Source: Candidatus Hydrogenedens sp. (GTDB lineage Bacteria; Hydrogenedentota; Hydrogenedentia; Hydrogenedentales; Hydrogenedentaceae). Taken from it: a stretch of 64,000 nt of DNA. The position numbers and the translations under genes were made by a program. The first letter of the stretch is position 1; every line of letters begins with the position of its first letter. Below the pieces are notes generated by a model. The model ran no database searches. It was not told where the DNA came from and saw only the letters and a program-made list of their open reading frames with translations. Shown here piece by piece: positions 29,601-39,435 of this stretch. The stretch lies in contig JBMFRC010000003.1 of the NCBI GenBank assembly GCA_049968235.1, positions 203,463 to 267,462 of the forward strand, given 5' to 3'.

Positions 29601-30971
29601 ATGAGCATGAACTTTTCAGGAAACACATCAAAAGTCCCGATGATTCAAACAACGGCCGGAGACTGGGAATCTGAACGCTTTTCACGAAGACAAAATTTTA
29701 TAGAAGCAATGGTGGTTATGCTTATTATTCTTTGTGCCTTATGGCTGGTAGCCTATCCTTTCGGTGTGGTGATGAAAATACAAGCGGTCAACTTCATCGT
29801 AAATTTACTGCTGGTATTAGGTGGGGCATATCTCCTCTTTGTAGCACCCTTTTTACATAAAGATACAGCCCAATCATGGGGACTGGGAAATCCGGTTCAA
29901 TATTGGCATTTGATTACAAACGGTCCAATGATAAAAAGAGCAGTAATTCTCATATCCTCTGTTACCGTTTTTATAGGGCTGAATATTGTTAATTATCGAC
30001 AATGGCATTATGTTGCTCGTTTTTTCCAGATGCAGGCATTGGCACGCACTTTCGGATTGTCTGTAGATGTTTATCAATTACCACACCATTTCCCCGGTGT
30101 GCTTTTTGTATTCCTTTTTGGTGTCATTATATCCGCCCTGATTACCTTTTGTGCTATCCGTTATGATAATTTTCACACAGCATTTCGAACTGCAATGATT
30201 ATCGCATTGCCTTTGCTGATAGTAATTTTTATTTCTGCCTATATTCAACGGGGAATGGATGCTTTTCAGCATCTCAGTTTTTCTCGCTGGGCATTGGGGG
30301 TATTTGGCTATATTTTCTGGGGTTTCGTTCAACAACTATTATTCAGTTCCTATTTTGGCACGCGATTTCGTAAAGCATTTGCACCCTCCAATCATCCTTC
30401 CAACAAAGTAACCGGAGAAGAACAAATAAAGAAATCTCTTATGTTTGGTATTTGGGGTGCTTTGGGAGCAATTGTCTTTACCTGCCTTAGTATTTCCATT
30501 GCTTATGGGACAAAGGCGATACCCTCTATAACGGTTTGGATTCAAATTATTCTCTGGTTAACGGTTTTCTTCTTCCCTATGGGTTTTATTTATGGCTATT
30601 TTTACTGTAAAGATAAAAAAAGGATGCTGGTCGCAACTTTAAGTGCTTCCTGCTTTGGTATGATACACATTGATTCGTATGGATTGGTAGCAGTCACCTG
30701 GATGTTAGGAATCATGCTGGTATATGTTTTTATGGAAGAGAAAAATCGCAATTTAGTAGCCTTAGGATTTATCCATGGATTGTTAGGGAGCACTTTTGGA
30801 GAAATGTTCTCAAAAAGTTCTGCGGGTGTCTTAAATGTAGATTATTCTGTTGGTCCCTGGAATGTAGAAGAACCAACATGGGGGGTACTCATTATACCTG
30901 TAATTGTTATCGTTATATATGTCTTTATATTTATAACTTATCTAAACAAAGCACCCGAGGCAAAAAGTTAG
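29601..30971 (+). CDS. polytopic membrane protein (possible CPBP/Abi-type intramembrane metalloprotease fold)
   Basis: About 12 TM helices. Weak 'EEKNR...FIHG' arrangement reminiscent of CPBP motifs 1 and 2. Confidence 0.4.
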   Translation: MSMNFSGNTSKVPMIQTTAGDWESERFSRRQNFIEAMVVMLIILCALWLVAYPFGVVMKIQAVNFIVNLLLVLGGAYLLFVAPFLHKDTAQSWGLGNPVQYWHLITNGPMIKRAVILISSVTVFIGLNIVNYRQWHYVARFFQMQALARTFGLSVDVYQLPHHFPGVLFVFLFGVIISALITFCAIRYDNFHTAFRTAMIIALPLLIVIFISAYIQRGMDAFQHLSFSRWALGVFGYIFWGFVQQLLFSSYFGTRFRKAFAPSNHPSNKVTGEEQIKKSLMFGIWGALGAIVFTCLSISIAYGTKAIPSITVWIQIILWLTVFFFPMGFIYGYFYCKDKKRMLVATLSASCFGMIHIDSYGLVAVTWMLGIMLVYVFMEEKNRNLVALGFIHGLLGSTFGEMFSKSSAGVLNVDYSVGPWNVEEPTWGVLIIPVIVIVIYVFIFITYLNKAPEAKS

Positions 30972-31318
30972 GTTCTACGGGTGTTTTGAAATCATTGGTT
31001 CTCATCCGATAGTCATGAACGGTCAGACAGCATTTTCTCATCCGTCTTATGTTTTCTATCAGTCCATTTTGTTAATGGAGATATGAAATACCTTCATTCG
31101 GCGAGTTCAACTTATTTTTTTATGAGAAGCAACAAATCTCTAACTTCAAAAATTGACTTTTATACCTGTTGTAACAACAGGTCCTTCTATATCTTGTTTA
31201 TGTTCTCTCTCAAAACTTTTCACATCAAAGCCGAATAAGTATCCAATTCCCAAAAAGACATCCATTCGTCGAGTTGCCGGAAAGTCTAAAGAAACAAAGG
31301 GAATAACAGATATAATAT

Positions 31319-32086
31319 CTATTTTTTCTTCCTTGTATATTTTATTGGGAAATTGAAAATTCCAATTTTTGCGTCGCCTGATGCTTCAAAACGGGAGTAA
31401 TTAATATTTAATGAGAGATAAGGTTTTGTATCGAATAGAGTTCTTTTCAAACGGTTTAAGAAAGTTTCATTTTTAACAGGACGATACTCTGTTTTCCCGA
31501 AAGGGAAATAATCCATTCCTGCTTCAAGGAGGAATTCCTCTCCTGTTAGGTCTAAACGGATTTTTAATGGACCGTATCGATTGTTATTATTAATTTTCCA
31601 TATTCCACCACCCATGCCACTCCAGAAAGAAAGATATTTCCCACAATGCAAACCGATTCCTGCCCAAATATCCCCAAAAAGACCGATTTTCCGCATATCT
31701 TTAAATGTAATAAGGTTTTTCCAGCCCGGCACCATCCCTCTACCTATTTCATTGACTATATATACCGGCTTTTCCGAATTCAATTCAGGGAAATATGCGT
31801 AATGTCCCATTATAAAATATAATCCCTTTGTCTTATCTATTCCTTTATCCTCTTCCTGAGAGTGGCTACAAAGTGTTGTATTCCCTTGTAGAGCAAGTTT
31901 TTCTTTTCCACTATTATATAATGGTGAAATTTGTTCGTCTGTCCGTTCTGTAAGAAAAATTTGTTTTTCATCCGCATGTATAGAAAATGGAGTTATTATC
32001 AGGAATACAATAAAAAACCTTCTTACTTTTATGTAGTGATATGTAATATTTTGTATGATATTCAGAGACATTCTATTCCTCAACAA
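31319..32086 (-). CDS. hypothetical secreted/outer-membrane protein
   Basis: Hydrophobic N-terminal segment and an aromatic-rich beta-strand pattern. Confidence 0.3.
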   Translation of the reverse strand: MLRNRMSLNIIQNITYHYIKVRRFFIVFLIITPFSIHADEKQIFLTERTDEQISPLYNSGKEKLALQGNTTLCSHSQEEDKGIDKTKGLYFIMGHYAYFPELNSEKPVYIVNEIGRGMVPGWKNLITFKDMRKIGLFGDIWAGIGLHCGKYLSFWSGMGGGIWKINNNNRYGPLKIRLDLTGEEFLLEAGMDYFPFGKTEYRPVKNETFLNRLKRTLFDTKPYLSLNINYSRFEASGDAKIGIFNFPIKYTRKKK

Positions 32087-32301
32087 ACTTCTCTCTCTTT
32101 TATATTTATATTTTCTCTGCTCTTTATTTATTTTATAGATTTCATGTCAAATAATTCCATATCAGGGCGATATTGTTAAATGTTATAAAACAATTTGCAA
32201 ATGAAAATATAAAATATTCATACTACTTTAATGTCTATAAAAATTAGACCTTAAAAGATATATAAAAAAGTTTAACTCCATAAATAGAAGGAGATTGTTC
32301 T

Positions 32302-33546
32302 ATGAGTGAAAAGTTTCGTTTAACACGGAGACAATTTAACAAAGCGGCAGCGCTTGCAACCTTTGCAGTGATTTCCAGGAACATGGATGCAGCAGAAACG
32401 AACAGCGGGACCTTGAAAATTGGTTTAATCGGTTGTGGGGGGCGAGGTTTTGGTGCCGTAAAGGATTGCATGGAAGGGAATGACAATATAAAAATCGTGG
32501 CACTGGCAGATGTTTTTGAAGACCGACTTAAAGAATGCAGGAAAAAATTGGAATCTATGCAGGGCAGGATGTATAAAGGGAAAGTGGAAATTGATGATGG
32601 ACATTGCTTTGTTGGTCTGGATGCGTATAAAAAGATTTTGGAGACCGATATTAATGTCGTTATTCATGCAACACCGCCTTATGCCCGTCCTATGCATATT
32701 GAAGCGGTAATTGATGCGGGAAAACATGTATTCACAGAAAAACCTTTAGCGGTTGACCCTGCGGGTATCCGTCGATTTATCAAAACTGCTCAAAAGGCAA
32801 AAGAAAAGAATCTGTGTCTGCATACAGGCACACAAAGACGCTCCAGCAATGCATACCGTGAGACGGTTAAGAAGATACAGGATGGTGCTATTGGTGATAT
32901 TATTGCAGCGCGTGTCTATTGGAATGGTGACCTACCGTTCTCTCATGACCGTAAACCCGGCTGGAACGATTTGGAATATCGCCTGCGTAACTGGTATAAC
33001 CAGATATGGACCTGTGGAGATAATATCGTGGAACAACATATACATAATATCGATATTATCAACTGGATAATGGGTACCCATCCCGTGAAGGTAGTGGGGT
33101 CTGGAGGCAGAGCATGGAAACCGCGTGAAGAGAAATATGGAGACCTTTGGGACCATTTCGAATGCGATTATGAATATCCAAATGGTGTGCATATGTTCAG
33201 TTTCTCACGCCATTGGAATAATTCGAAGAACGATGTCTTCGAACAAGTATTTGGCACAAAAGGAAAGAGCATGTGCAATGATATGGGTAAAGATACCATA
33301 AATCCGTATGTTCAGGAGCATATTGACCTTATTAAAGCCATTCGTGGGGAAGCCCCTTATGTGAATACAGGTATTGAATGTGCAGAAAGCACAATGACTG
33401 CTATCATGGGTCGTATGTCTGCCTACACAGGACAGGAATTAACATGGGATGATGCATTAAACGCAGATTTAAGTATTGTTCCGGAAGATTTAGACTGGAG
33501 CAAATCTTACCCGATAGGTCCTATCCCTGTTCCTGGTAAAGCATAA
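32302..33546 (+). CDS. Gfo/Idh/MocA family oxidoreductase with TAT signal
   Basis: 'LTRRQFNKAAALATFAV' TAT signal, 'KIGLIGCGGRG' Rossmann fold, C-terminal GFO_IDH_MocA_C region. Good SD 'aaggag'. Confidence 0.85.
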   Translation: MSEKFRLTRRQFNKAAALATFAVISRNMDAAETNSGTLKIGLIGCGGRGFGAVKDCMEGNDNIKIVALADVFEDRLKECRKKLESMQGRMYKGKVEIDDGHCFVGLDAYKKILETDINVVIHATPPYARPMHIEAVIDAGKHVFTEKPLAVDPAGIRRFIKTAQKAKEKNLCLHTGTQRRSSNAYRETVKKIQDGAIGDIIAARVYWNGDLPFSHDRKPGWNDLEYRLRNWYNQIWTCGDNIVEQHIHNIDIINWIMGTHPVKVVGSGGRAWKPREEKYGDLWDHFECDYEYPNGVHMFSFSRHWNNSKNDVFEQVFGTKGKSMCNDMGKDTINPYVQEHIDLIKAIRGEAPYVNTGIECAESTMTAIMGRMSAYTGQELTWDDALNADLSIVPEDLDWSKSYPIGPIPVPGKA

Positions 33547-33555
33547 TTGTAGATA

Positions 33556-33590
33556 ATATGGGCGGGTTAGATGTTTTATCTGCCCGCCCA
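33556..33590. terminator. hairpin between convergent genes
   Basis: ATGGGCGGG-ttagatgttttatct-GCCCGCCCAT, a 9-10 bp GC-rich stem. Flanking T-run is weak. Confidence 0.45.
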
Positions 33591-33631
33591 TGTCAATATA
33601 TACCGCTCGTTATTACTCCTATGTATTTTCA

Positions 33632-35293
33632 TTAAATGCGGTCAAAGATTTTTTCGATGACTTCAATAATATGAGTTGGGCAGGCGTAAACACCTTTTAC
33701 AGGTAGGGTAAGGATTCTTTCTACTTCTTGTAATAAATAAGTATTATCCGGTTCCGTTGTTGATAGTAAAACTTGAGTTGTGTCGTTGATTCGTAAGGGG
33801 AGTAATAGATATTTCATACAAAAAGTGTAATCAAGTAAATATGCTTGTTCGATGTTTACATGCTTTTCATTTATAAATAATAAGGGGATATTTTTTTGTA
33901 GGGACAACGTCTGAAATAGAACAATTTCATCAATCCATCCCTGTTCTAATAATAAGGTTCCTAATCGGCAATATCGTTTATCTTTCTGTAAAATAAGCAT
34001 TTCTTCCAATTGGGTATTTGTAATGAAGTTTGCTTTAACGAGCAATTCTCCTAATTTTAAATAAGGTTTTTCTGCCTCTTGAAGTGCCATAACCAAACGG
34101 ATGTAAGTTTCTTCATATTTTCTTTTTCCTTCATAATTCTGTTCGTCTCCCAACAGCATCAATTGCTCCTGCAATGTTTCTACCTGATATTGCCAGTATT
34201 TCACGGATTCAGATAGTTCTTCATTGCGTTTCATAGAAACTCTGTATTCCTGCTGGAAACGCTCTTTTTCTTTTTTCAGTCCTTCGATTGTTCGCAAGAG
34301 TTCCTTACATTGTTCAATAATTTCTTGATGTTTTTGCTCCAATTTTTGCTGTTGTTCTTCCTGTTTCTTTTGTCCCAATATTGCCTTTGCCATCTCTGTG
34401 GATAATTTTTGATTTTCTTTGAGAAGTACTTCTTTTTCTTTTATCAATTTATCTAATAATTGCTGTTGCGTATCAATGTAAGTTTTTAATGTTGTGATAT
34501 TCGCCTGTAATTGTGCAATTTGCGTGTTAAGTTGGTTGTTTTCAAATTGAGATTTTTTAATTTCATCTTCTTTGTCTTTCAATAGCAACTTTTGTTTTGA
34601 CAATGTATCTTCTAACATCTGTTCTGTACTTTCTAATTCTGCTATCCGAACTAGGGCATTGCTTAAATCTACAGTTGTAGTCTGTATTTTTTTTATAAGG
34701 TTGGAAATTATTTCCTCCGATTCAGCATGACGGGTTGCTATTTCTATATTTTCCTGTTCCTTTTGATGAAGTTTTTCCTGTAATTCCCTTACCTTTGTTT
34801 TTTCTGCATGGTGGTCCACCTGGGTAGAATATAATTGCTGTTCCAATGCCTTTGAGGATAGTTCCGTTTCCTGCAATTGTTTTTTAAGGAGTTGTATTTC
34901 TTCATTTAATAAACTTTTTTGCTGTTCAAATCTTTTTTTATCCTCTTGAAGGTTCTGTATTACCTGCTGTAATTGCTCGTTTTGTTTTTGTTCCTGCAGT
35001 AGTTCCGATTTTAATTCCATTAAATCCAGAAGAAAATTATTCAATTGTTCGCTAAGGAAAGAAAGTGTTGATGAAGATGTGTCTTTTTCTTGTTTATCAG
35101 CAGGTATTGTTGGATATGTATGATAAATCTTCGATTTTTTCTTTTCTTCTCCATAACCACTTCCGCCTAACGGTGAGTAAATAATATGAAACTTCGGAGT
35201 AAAGATGGATTGCAAAAGGAAGGTGAGGTCTTTTTTTAGATAAGGAAGATATGTCTGGCTTCTTCTAACGAAATATTTAGTAAATGAGTTCAT
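33632..35293 (-). CDS. long coiled-coil protein with C-terminal MshEN-type (T2SSE_N) c-di-GMP-binding domain
   Basis: About 320 aa of heptad-rich Q/E/K/L sequence, then tandem motifs 'KLGELLVKANFITNTQLEEMLILQ' and 'RLGTLLLEQGWIDEIVLFQTLSLQ' (nt ~33896..34057). The second matches RLGxx(L/V/I)(L/V/I)xxG(L/V/I)(L/V/I)xxxxLxxxLxxQ exactly. Confidence 0.65.
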   Translation of the reverse strand: MNSFTKYFVRRSQTYLPYLKKDLTFLLQSIFTPKFHIIYSPLGGSGYGEEKKKSKIYHTYPTIPADKQEKDTSSSTLSFLSEQLNNFLLDLMELKSELLQEQKQNEQLQQVIQNLQEDKKRFEQQKSLLNEEIQLLKKQLQETELSSKALEQQLYSTQVDHHAEKTKVRELQEKLHQKEQENIEIATRHAESEEIISNLIKKIQTTTVDLSNALVRIAELESTEQMLEDTLSKQKLLLKDKEDEIKKSQFENNQLNTQIAQLQANITTLKTYIDTQQQLLDKLIKEKEVLLKENQKLSTEMAKAILGQKKQEEQQQKLEQKHQEIIEQCKELLRTIEGLKKEKERFQQEYRVSMKRNEELSESVKYWQYQVETLQEQLMLLGDEQNYEGKRKYEETYIRLVMALQEAEKPYLKLGELLVKANFITNTQLEEMLILQKDKRYCRLGTLLLEQGWIDEIVLFQTLSLQKNIPLLFINEKHVNIEQAYLLDYTFCMKYLLLPLRINDTTQVLLSTTEPDNTYLLQEVERILTLPVKGVYACPTHIIEVIEKIFDRI

Positions 35294-36231
35294 GGTTTTA
35301 CAGGATTTATAAGTGCCTCTATCAGACTGTTTTCAAATTGTTCTCTATTTTTCCATGTTAAGGCACAACGCACGGGTCTTCCGTTATCATCCGGATAGGT
35401 CTTTCCTTCTTTATCAATGGACAGGTTCAAGGTTTTAATTTCTACAGCCTCTTCGGACCATGTGCAATAACCTGCTAATGTATCATATAACACACTACTT
35501 TCATCTTTAGGATAATGTTTGCGATTTGTCCAGATGTTATAGTTTTCAATGACTACTTTTGCGAATGGGGATTGTGATTCCTCAATCTTTCGATAGTTAT
35601 CTCCTTTTAGAATGATAGTCCCGCAGGTATCTAATGGGATAATGGTAATCTCCCAAGGTGCGGAAAAGACCTTTCGGGCGCTTTCCACATCTCTACAAAT
35701 ATTGTATTCGCAATCTCTACTGTTCTTCCCGCCATATCCGATATAAACACTTCCTGCCATAGAAACAATTCGTGCTTTTTGAGCAATATCCGGTGCCATT
35801 TCTAAAGCCTTAGCAATATTCATCATAGGACCTATAACACAAAGTATGGTGGGTTCCTGAGCACTCCGTATCATTTCAATCATAGTTTTTACACCCTCTT
35901 CATGGATTTTCCCTTTATAATTGTCCAATGAATATTTTTCTATCCATGATAACTGATTAATATCTTTATTACTTGTTTTTACCCCTTTACCTATGGGAAT
36001 ATCTGTCCTTTCGACAGTTTCCAGCATTCGTGCCACCAGTTTTACCTTAGTTTCTGTGTTATCGCATGCAGTTACAATAAGTTTCAGATCTACTTTCCCC
36101 GCACCTAAAAGATGCATCAATGCCCATGTATCGTCAATATCGTCACCAATGTCCGTATCGAGAATAATTTGAGGCAGAGACATTGCACTGCATGAAAATA
36201 GCCATAGTAGGAGAAATAGATATTTATTCAT
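35290..36231 (-). CDS. inosine-uridine preferring nucleoside hydrolase family protein (secreted)
   Basis: Signal peptide followed by the IUNH signature 'ILDTDIGDDIDD'. Its start overlaps the stop of the downstream MshEN gene (ATGA). Confidence 0.8.
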   Translation of the reverse strand: MNKYLFLLLWLFSCSAMSLPQIILDTDIGDDIDDTWALMHLLGAGKVDLKLIVTACDNTETKVKLVARMLETVERTDIPIGKGVKTSNKDINQLSWIEKYSLDNYKGKIHEEGVKTMIEMIRSAQEPTILCVIGPMMNIAKALEMAPDIAQKARIVSMAGSVYIGYGGKNSRDCEYNICRDVESARKVFSAPWEITIIPLDTCGTIILKGDNYRKIEESQSPFAKVVIENYNIWTNRKHYPKDESSVLYDTLAGYCTWSEEAVEIKTLNLSIDKEGKTYPDDNGRPVRCALTWKNREQFENSLIEALINPVKP

Positions 36232-36247
36232 ACGAAATCCCTTATAG

Positions 36248-37204
36248 TTATGGGGTTATTAATTTTCCAGCCAGTAATAACGCACCTACAAGAACCACCT
36301 GTTCCCCTAATTCACAAGGAGATATTTCATACTGGTTGCGAAATGGAGTAAATACTAATCGGTCAACGACCGCACGAATTCGGTTTAAAAGCACATCCCC
36401 CATTAATGATACTCCCCCTCCTAACGCAATTTTTTCAGGATGGAATAATGTAATAACATTGGAGATAGCAATACCAACCGATTGAGCAATACGGTCTAAT
36501 TCTTCACAGGCAAAAGAGTCTTCCTCCTCCGCACACTTACCTAAAAGGACACAGGTCATAAGGTTGAGATTCCCTCCTGTTTTTGCCCACAAAGAACTTT
36601 TTTGTGGCACATAATTTTCCGTTTGTAATCTTCGTTCAATGCTCCAGCCCGAACAGATATTTTCCAGTTTATTGTAGGCACCCCGTTCTTCTTGTGTCCA
36701 ATCGGGAACATAAGTATGACCTATTTCTCCAGCGCCCAATCCCTGTCCATCATGCAATTTCCCATCTATAATAAGGGCTCCGCCAATGCCACTGCCAATA
36801 TTCATATAAAAAAAGTTTCGTGTCCCTTTACCTCTGCCACAAACAAATTCAGCCCAGCCTGCAGAATTTGCATCATTTGCAAGAACTGTCGGAATGGAAA
36901 AGGTATCTTCGAACCATTGTCGGAGAGGGAAACCTTGCCAGCCCGTGATTTGATGTGAAATCAGAACTTTCCCCTCAACACTATCAACAGGTCCACCAAA
37001 GCCTATTCCAATACTTTGCACTCGTTGTCCTTCTTGCTCCGCTTTTTGAATTTGATTTTTTGTCGTTTCTGTTACCCAATCTAAAATCTCGCGGGACTGC
37101 CAATCTTTTTGAACCGTTCCACGCTCTAAATGATAAATATTCCCTTTTTCATCACCTAAAACAACCTGCAATTTTGTTCCACCAATTTCAATCCCTATCA
37201 ACAT
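36248..37204 (-). CDS. ROK family sugar kinase (glucokinase-like)
   Basis: 'MLIGIEIGGTKLQVV' phosphate-1 motif, ROK 'GxGxGGA' core 'NIGSGIGGALIIDGKL', 'CSGW'. Confidence 0.8.
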   Translation of the reverse strand: MLIGIEIGGTKLQVVLGDEKGNIYHLERGTVQKDWQSREILDWVTETTKNQIQKAEQEGQRVQSIGIGFGGPVDSVEGKVLISHQITGWQGFPLRQWFEDTFSIPTVLANDANSAGWAEFVCGRGKGTRNFFYMNIGSGIGGALIIDGKLHDGQGLGAGEIGHTYVPDWTQEERGAYNKLENICSGWSIERRLQTENYVPQKSSLWAKTGGNLNLMTCVLLGKCAEEEDSFACEELDRIAQSVGIAISNVITLFHPEKIALGGGVSLMGDVLLNRIRAVVDRLVFTPFRNQYEISPCELGEQVVLVGALLLAGKLITP

Positions 37205-37222
37205 TATGACTTCCTCTTTTCT

Positions 37223-38266
37223 TTATGAACTCCGGTGTTTGTCTTGTGAAGAACAATGCAGTTTATTATTTAAAGTATCCGTGGACCTCTTCTTCGCACA
37301 AAGAGACGGAATGGATTGTTCCACCTGTGGATTTTTACCTTTCTTCTCAAAATATTCGCGTATTACCTTTTGAGAAAAACTGGGCTCATATTTATTATAA
37401 ATTTCAAATCGTTTTTGCACTTCGGGTAGATAAAATTTGTTGCAATATTTCTTTTCCAGGATATTCAATACAATATGTTTTCGCATTGCCCAGAAATGGG
37501 AATTATTATATGACTCGTCAAATCCGGGGGTTATATAATTTCTCAAATCTATCTGCCGAACCAATTTCCATTTTCCATCTATCCGCTCAATATAGGGAGG
37601 TTTCCCTCCACATAGGTCTCGTGCTAAGCAAAATCCTTGAAAATTTGCCTCCAAATCACCATGAGAGAATATCCCATCAACCAATTTTCCGACGAGATTA
37701 TCTTCATGCACAATTCCCCACATTACAACTTTTTTCATGGCTTCCTCCTCAGTGTATCCTTCCCGCAAATGACGGCAATATCTCTGGTAGTATCTTCTGC
37801 CAAAGCCCAAAAAGTGGCACATTTTATCTATACCGAAATATACATCTCCTACGCGTATCGTTCGAGCCATAGGTAAAAAGAAATAGGGAAAAGCAAATCC
37901 CCGGTGTATACTCATTTTCAAATAAGTTTGCTTGCCTATACTAAGGTCGGGGAATTTTTCAATCTGTGGGTCATGGCGTATGAATGTGCGTAAACGCGAC
38001 CAGCCGAGGAATTGAAAGAAATGGTAATAAATGGCAATGGTTAATTCCTCCGGGTCTTCAATTGGCTTTGTCCGTTTATTGACCTCATCAAGATATTTCG
38101 ATAAAGTCTCATTAAAATAGCAATTCAGTTCATCTGCAGAATCTTTCAATTCAATACCCCAGGTTAGATATTGGTCTGTTTCTGCACTATAAGAAACTGA
38201 TAAAATAAACAAGTTTAGAATGGCAATAGAGGAAATAAAAACAGATTTTTTCATAACACCACCCAA
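37223..38266 (-). CDS. hypothetical secreted protein
   Basis: N-terminal signal peptide. No recognizable motifs. The opposite-strand ORF 37225..37872 is judged spurious. Confidence 0.35.
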   Translation of the reverse strand: MGGVMKKSVFISSIAILNLFILSVSYSAETDQYLTWGIELKDSADELNCYFNETLSKYLDEVNKRTKPIEDPEELTIAIYYHFFQFLGWSRLRTFIRHDPQIEKFPDLSIGKQTYLKMSIHRGFAFPYFFLPMARTIRVGDVYFGIDKMCHFLGFGRRYYQRYCRHLREGYTEEEAMKKVVMWGIVHEDNLVGKLVDGIFSHGDLEANFQGFCLARDLCGGKPPYIERIDGKWKLVRQIDLRNYITPGFDESYNNSHFWAMRKHIVLNILEKKYCNKFYLPEVQKRFEIYNKYEPSFSQKVIREYFEKKGKNPQVEQSIPSLCAKKRSTDTLNNKLHCSSQDKHRSS

Positions 38267-38544
38267 AATCTTCCATATAAATTAAATTTTTTCAAGTAAA
38301 ATATTTTAACAAAATAAAAGCAGATTAACAATTTGTTAAATTACCCGTTATAAATCACATAAAAAATGTGCCGAAGTGATGGTCCCCGAAAAAGTTCCCA
38401 CAGATTATTTTATAGGTATTGTAGTTTTTTGTAAATCAGCATTGGATAAACTTATAGAACTATGTCCGTATACATGTAGAAATAAATTAGAAAAAATGGT
38501 TACAAATAAGCCTTCACACTTTTTATTTTGAGAGGTAGGGACAA

Positions 38545-38991
38545 ATGATTTCATATATATCCAATTGCAATGTTTTTGAAAGTTGTGCAGATGCCCTAGT
38601 TAATCCTGAAAATTGTAAGGGCGTAATGGGTAAAGGGATTGCCCTCGAATTTAAGAAACGTTTCCCTGAAATTATGCAGATTTATAAGGAAGTTTATAAT
38701 AATAAAAAACTGGCTCCGGGGATTCTTCTATTCTTTCGTGTTGAATTTCAACTCGATTTGTGTGAGGTGAAGAAACCTGCTTTGATTCTTTTCCTAACGA
38801 AAAACCGTTGGAGAGATAAATCAAAAATGGAATGGATAGAAAAGGGGCTTATTTTCTTAAAAGAACATTATAAAGAATGGGAATTAAATTCTGTCACAAT
38901 GCCTCAAATTGGTTGCGGTTTAGGCGGATTATCTGGGAGGCAAGTAAAAGTTGTATCGAAAAATATTTTGCAGAGTAACCTTTACAGATAG
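38545..38991 (+). CDS. macro domain protein (ADP-ribose binding/processing, Macro_2-like)
   Basis: 'ADALVNPENCKGVMGKGIALEF' and 'MPQIGCGLGGLS' correspond to the two macro-domain glycine-rich loops. 148 aa. Confidence 0.55.
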   Translation: MISYISNCNVFESCADALVNPENCKGVMGKGIALEFKKRFPEIMQIYKEVYNNKKLAPGILLFFRVEFQLDLCEVKKPALILFLTKNRWRDKSKMEWIEKGLIFLKEHYKEWELNSVTMPQIGCGLGGLSGRQVKVVSKNILQSNLYR

Positions 38992-39064
38992 AAGTATACA
39001 TCAAGAACGCGATTCCCAGAGATGGTAAGTAAGACTAAATATTAATTCTCTGATGTAAAAAGAG

Positions 39065-39148
39065 TGCCGGAGAGGGGACTTGAACCCCTATGCCCTTGCG
39101 GGCACATGGACCTGAACCATGCGTGTCTGCCAATTCCACCACTCCGGC
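39065..39148 (-). tRNA. tRNA-Leu (anticodon CAG)
   Basis: Reverse complement GCCGGAG-TG-GTGG...: acceptor 7 bp, anticodon stem CATGG/CCATG with loop TTCAGGT, long variable arm, T-loop GGTTCAAGTCC. CCA not encoded. Confidence 0.85.
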
Positions 39149-39315
39149 AGATGAATAGCATGTTGAATATTTTAACGGATAAACTCGTTTTATGTCAAAG
39201 ACCATGTATAGGTTTTGTAAAAATTTGTAAAAATGTGAAAAGGGAGGTTATCCTCAGCTATGATGTGTTTTGAGATTTTCATGTATTTTTGATATAATAT
39301 TATCTCTTTTATGGC

Positions 39316-39391
39316 GGACGGGTAGCTCAGGTGGAAGAGCATCGGACTTTTAATCCGGTGGCCGCGGGTTCGAGTCCCGCCCCGTCTACCA
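39316..39391 (+). tRNA. tRNA-Lys (anticodon UUU)
   Basis: GGACGGG-TA-GCTC-AGGTGGA-AGAGC-A-TCGGA-CTTTTAA-TCCGG-TGGCC-GCGGG-TTCGAGT-CCCGC-CCCGTCT-A-CCA. CCA is encoded. Confidence 0.85.
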
Positions 39392-39435
39392 TTATGTAAA
39401 AATAGTAGGTAAATAAAAAATTAAAAAAGGAGGAT

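Noticed and set aside
37225-37872. 215-aa plus-strand ORF
   Set aside because: Overlaps the minus-strand 37223..38266 gene, which has a clean signal peptide. The plus-strand product has no features and a poor start context.
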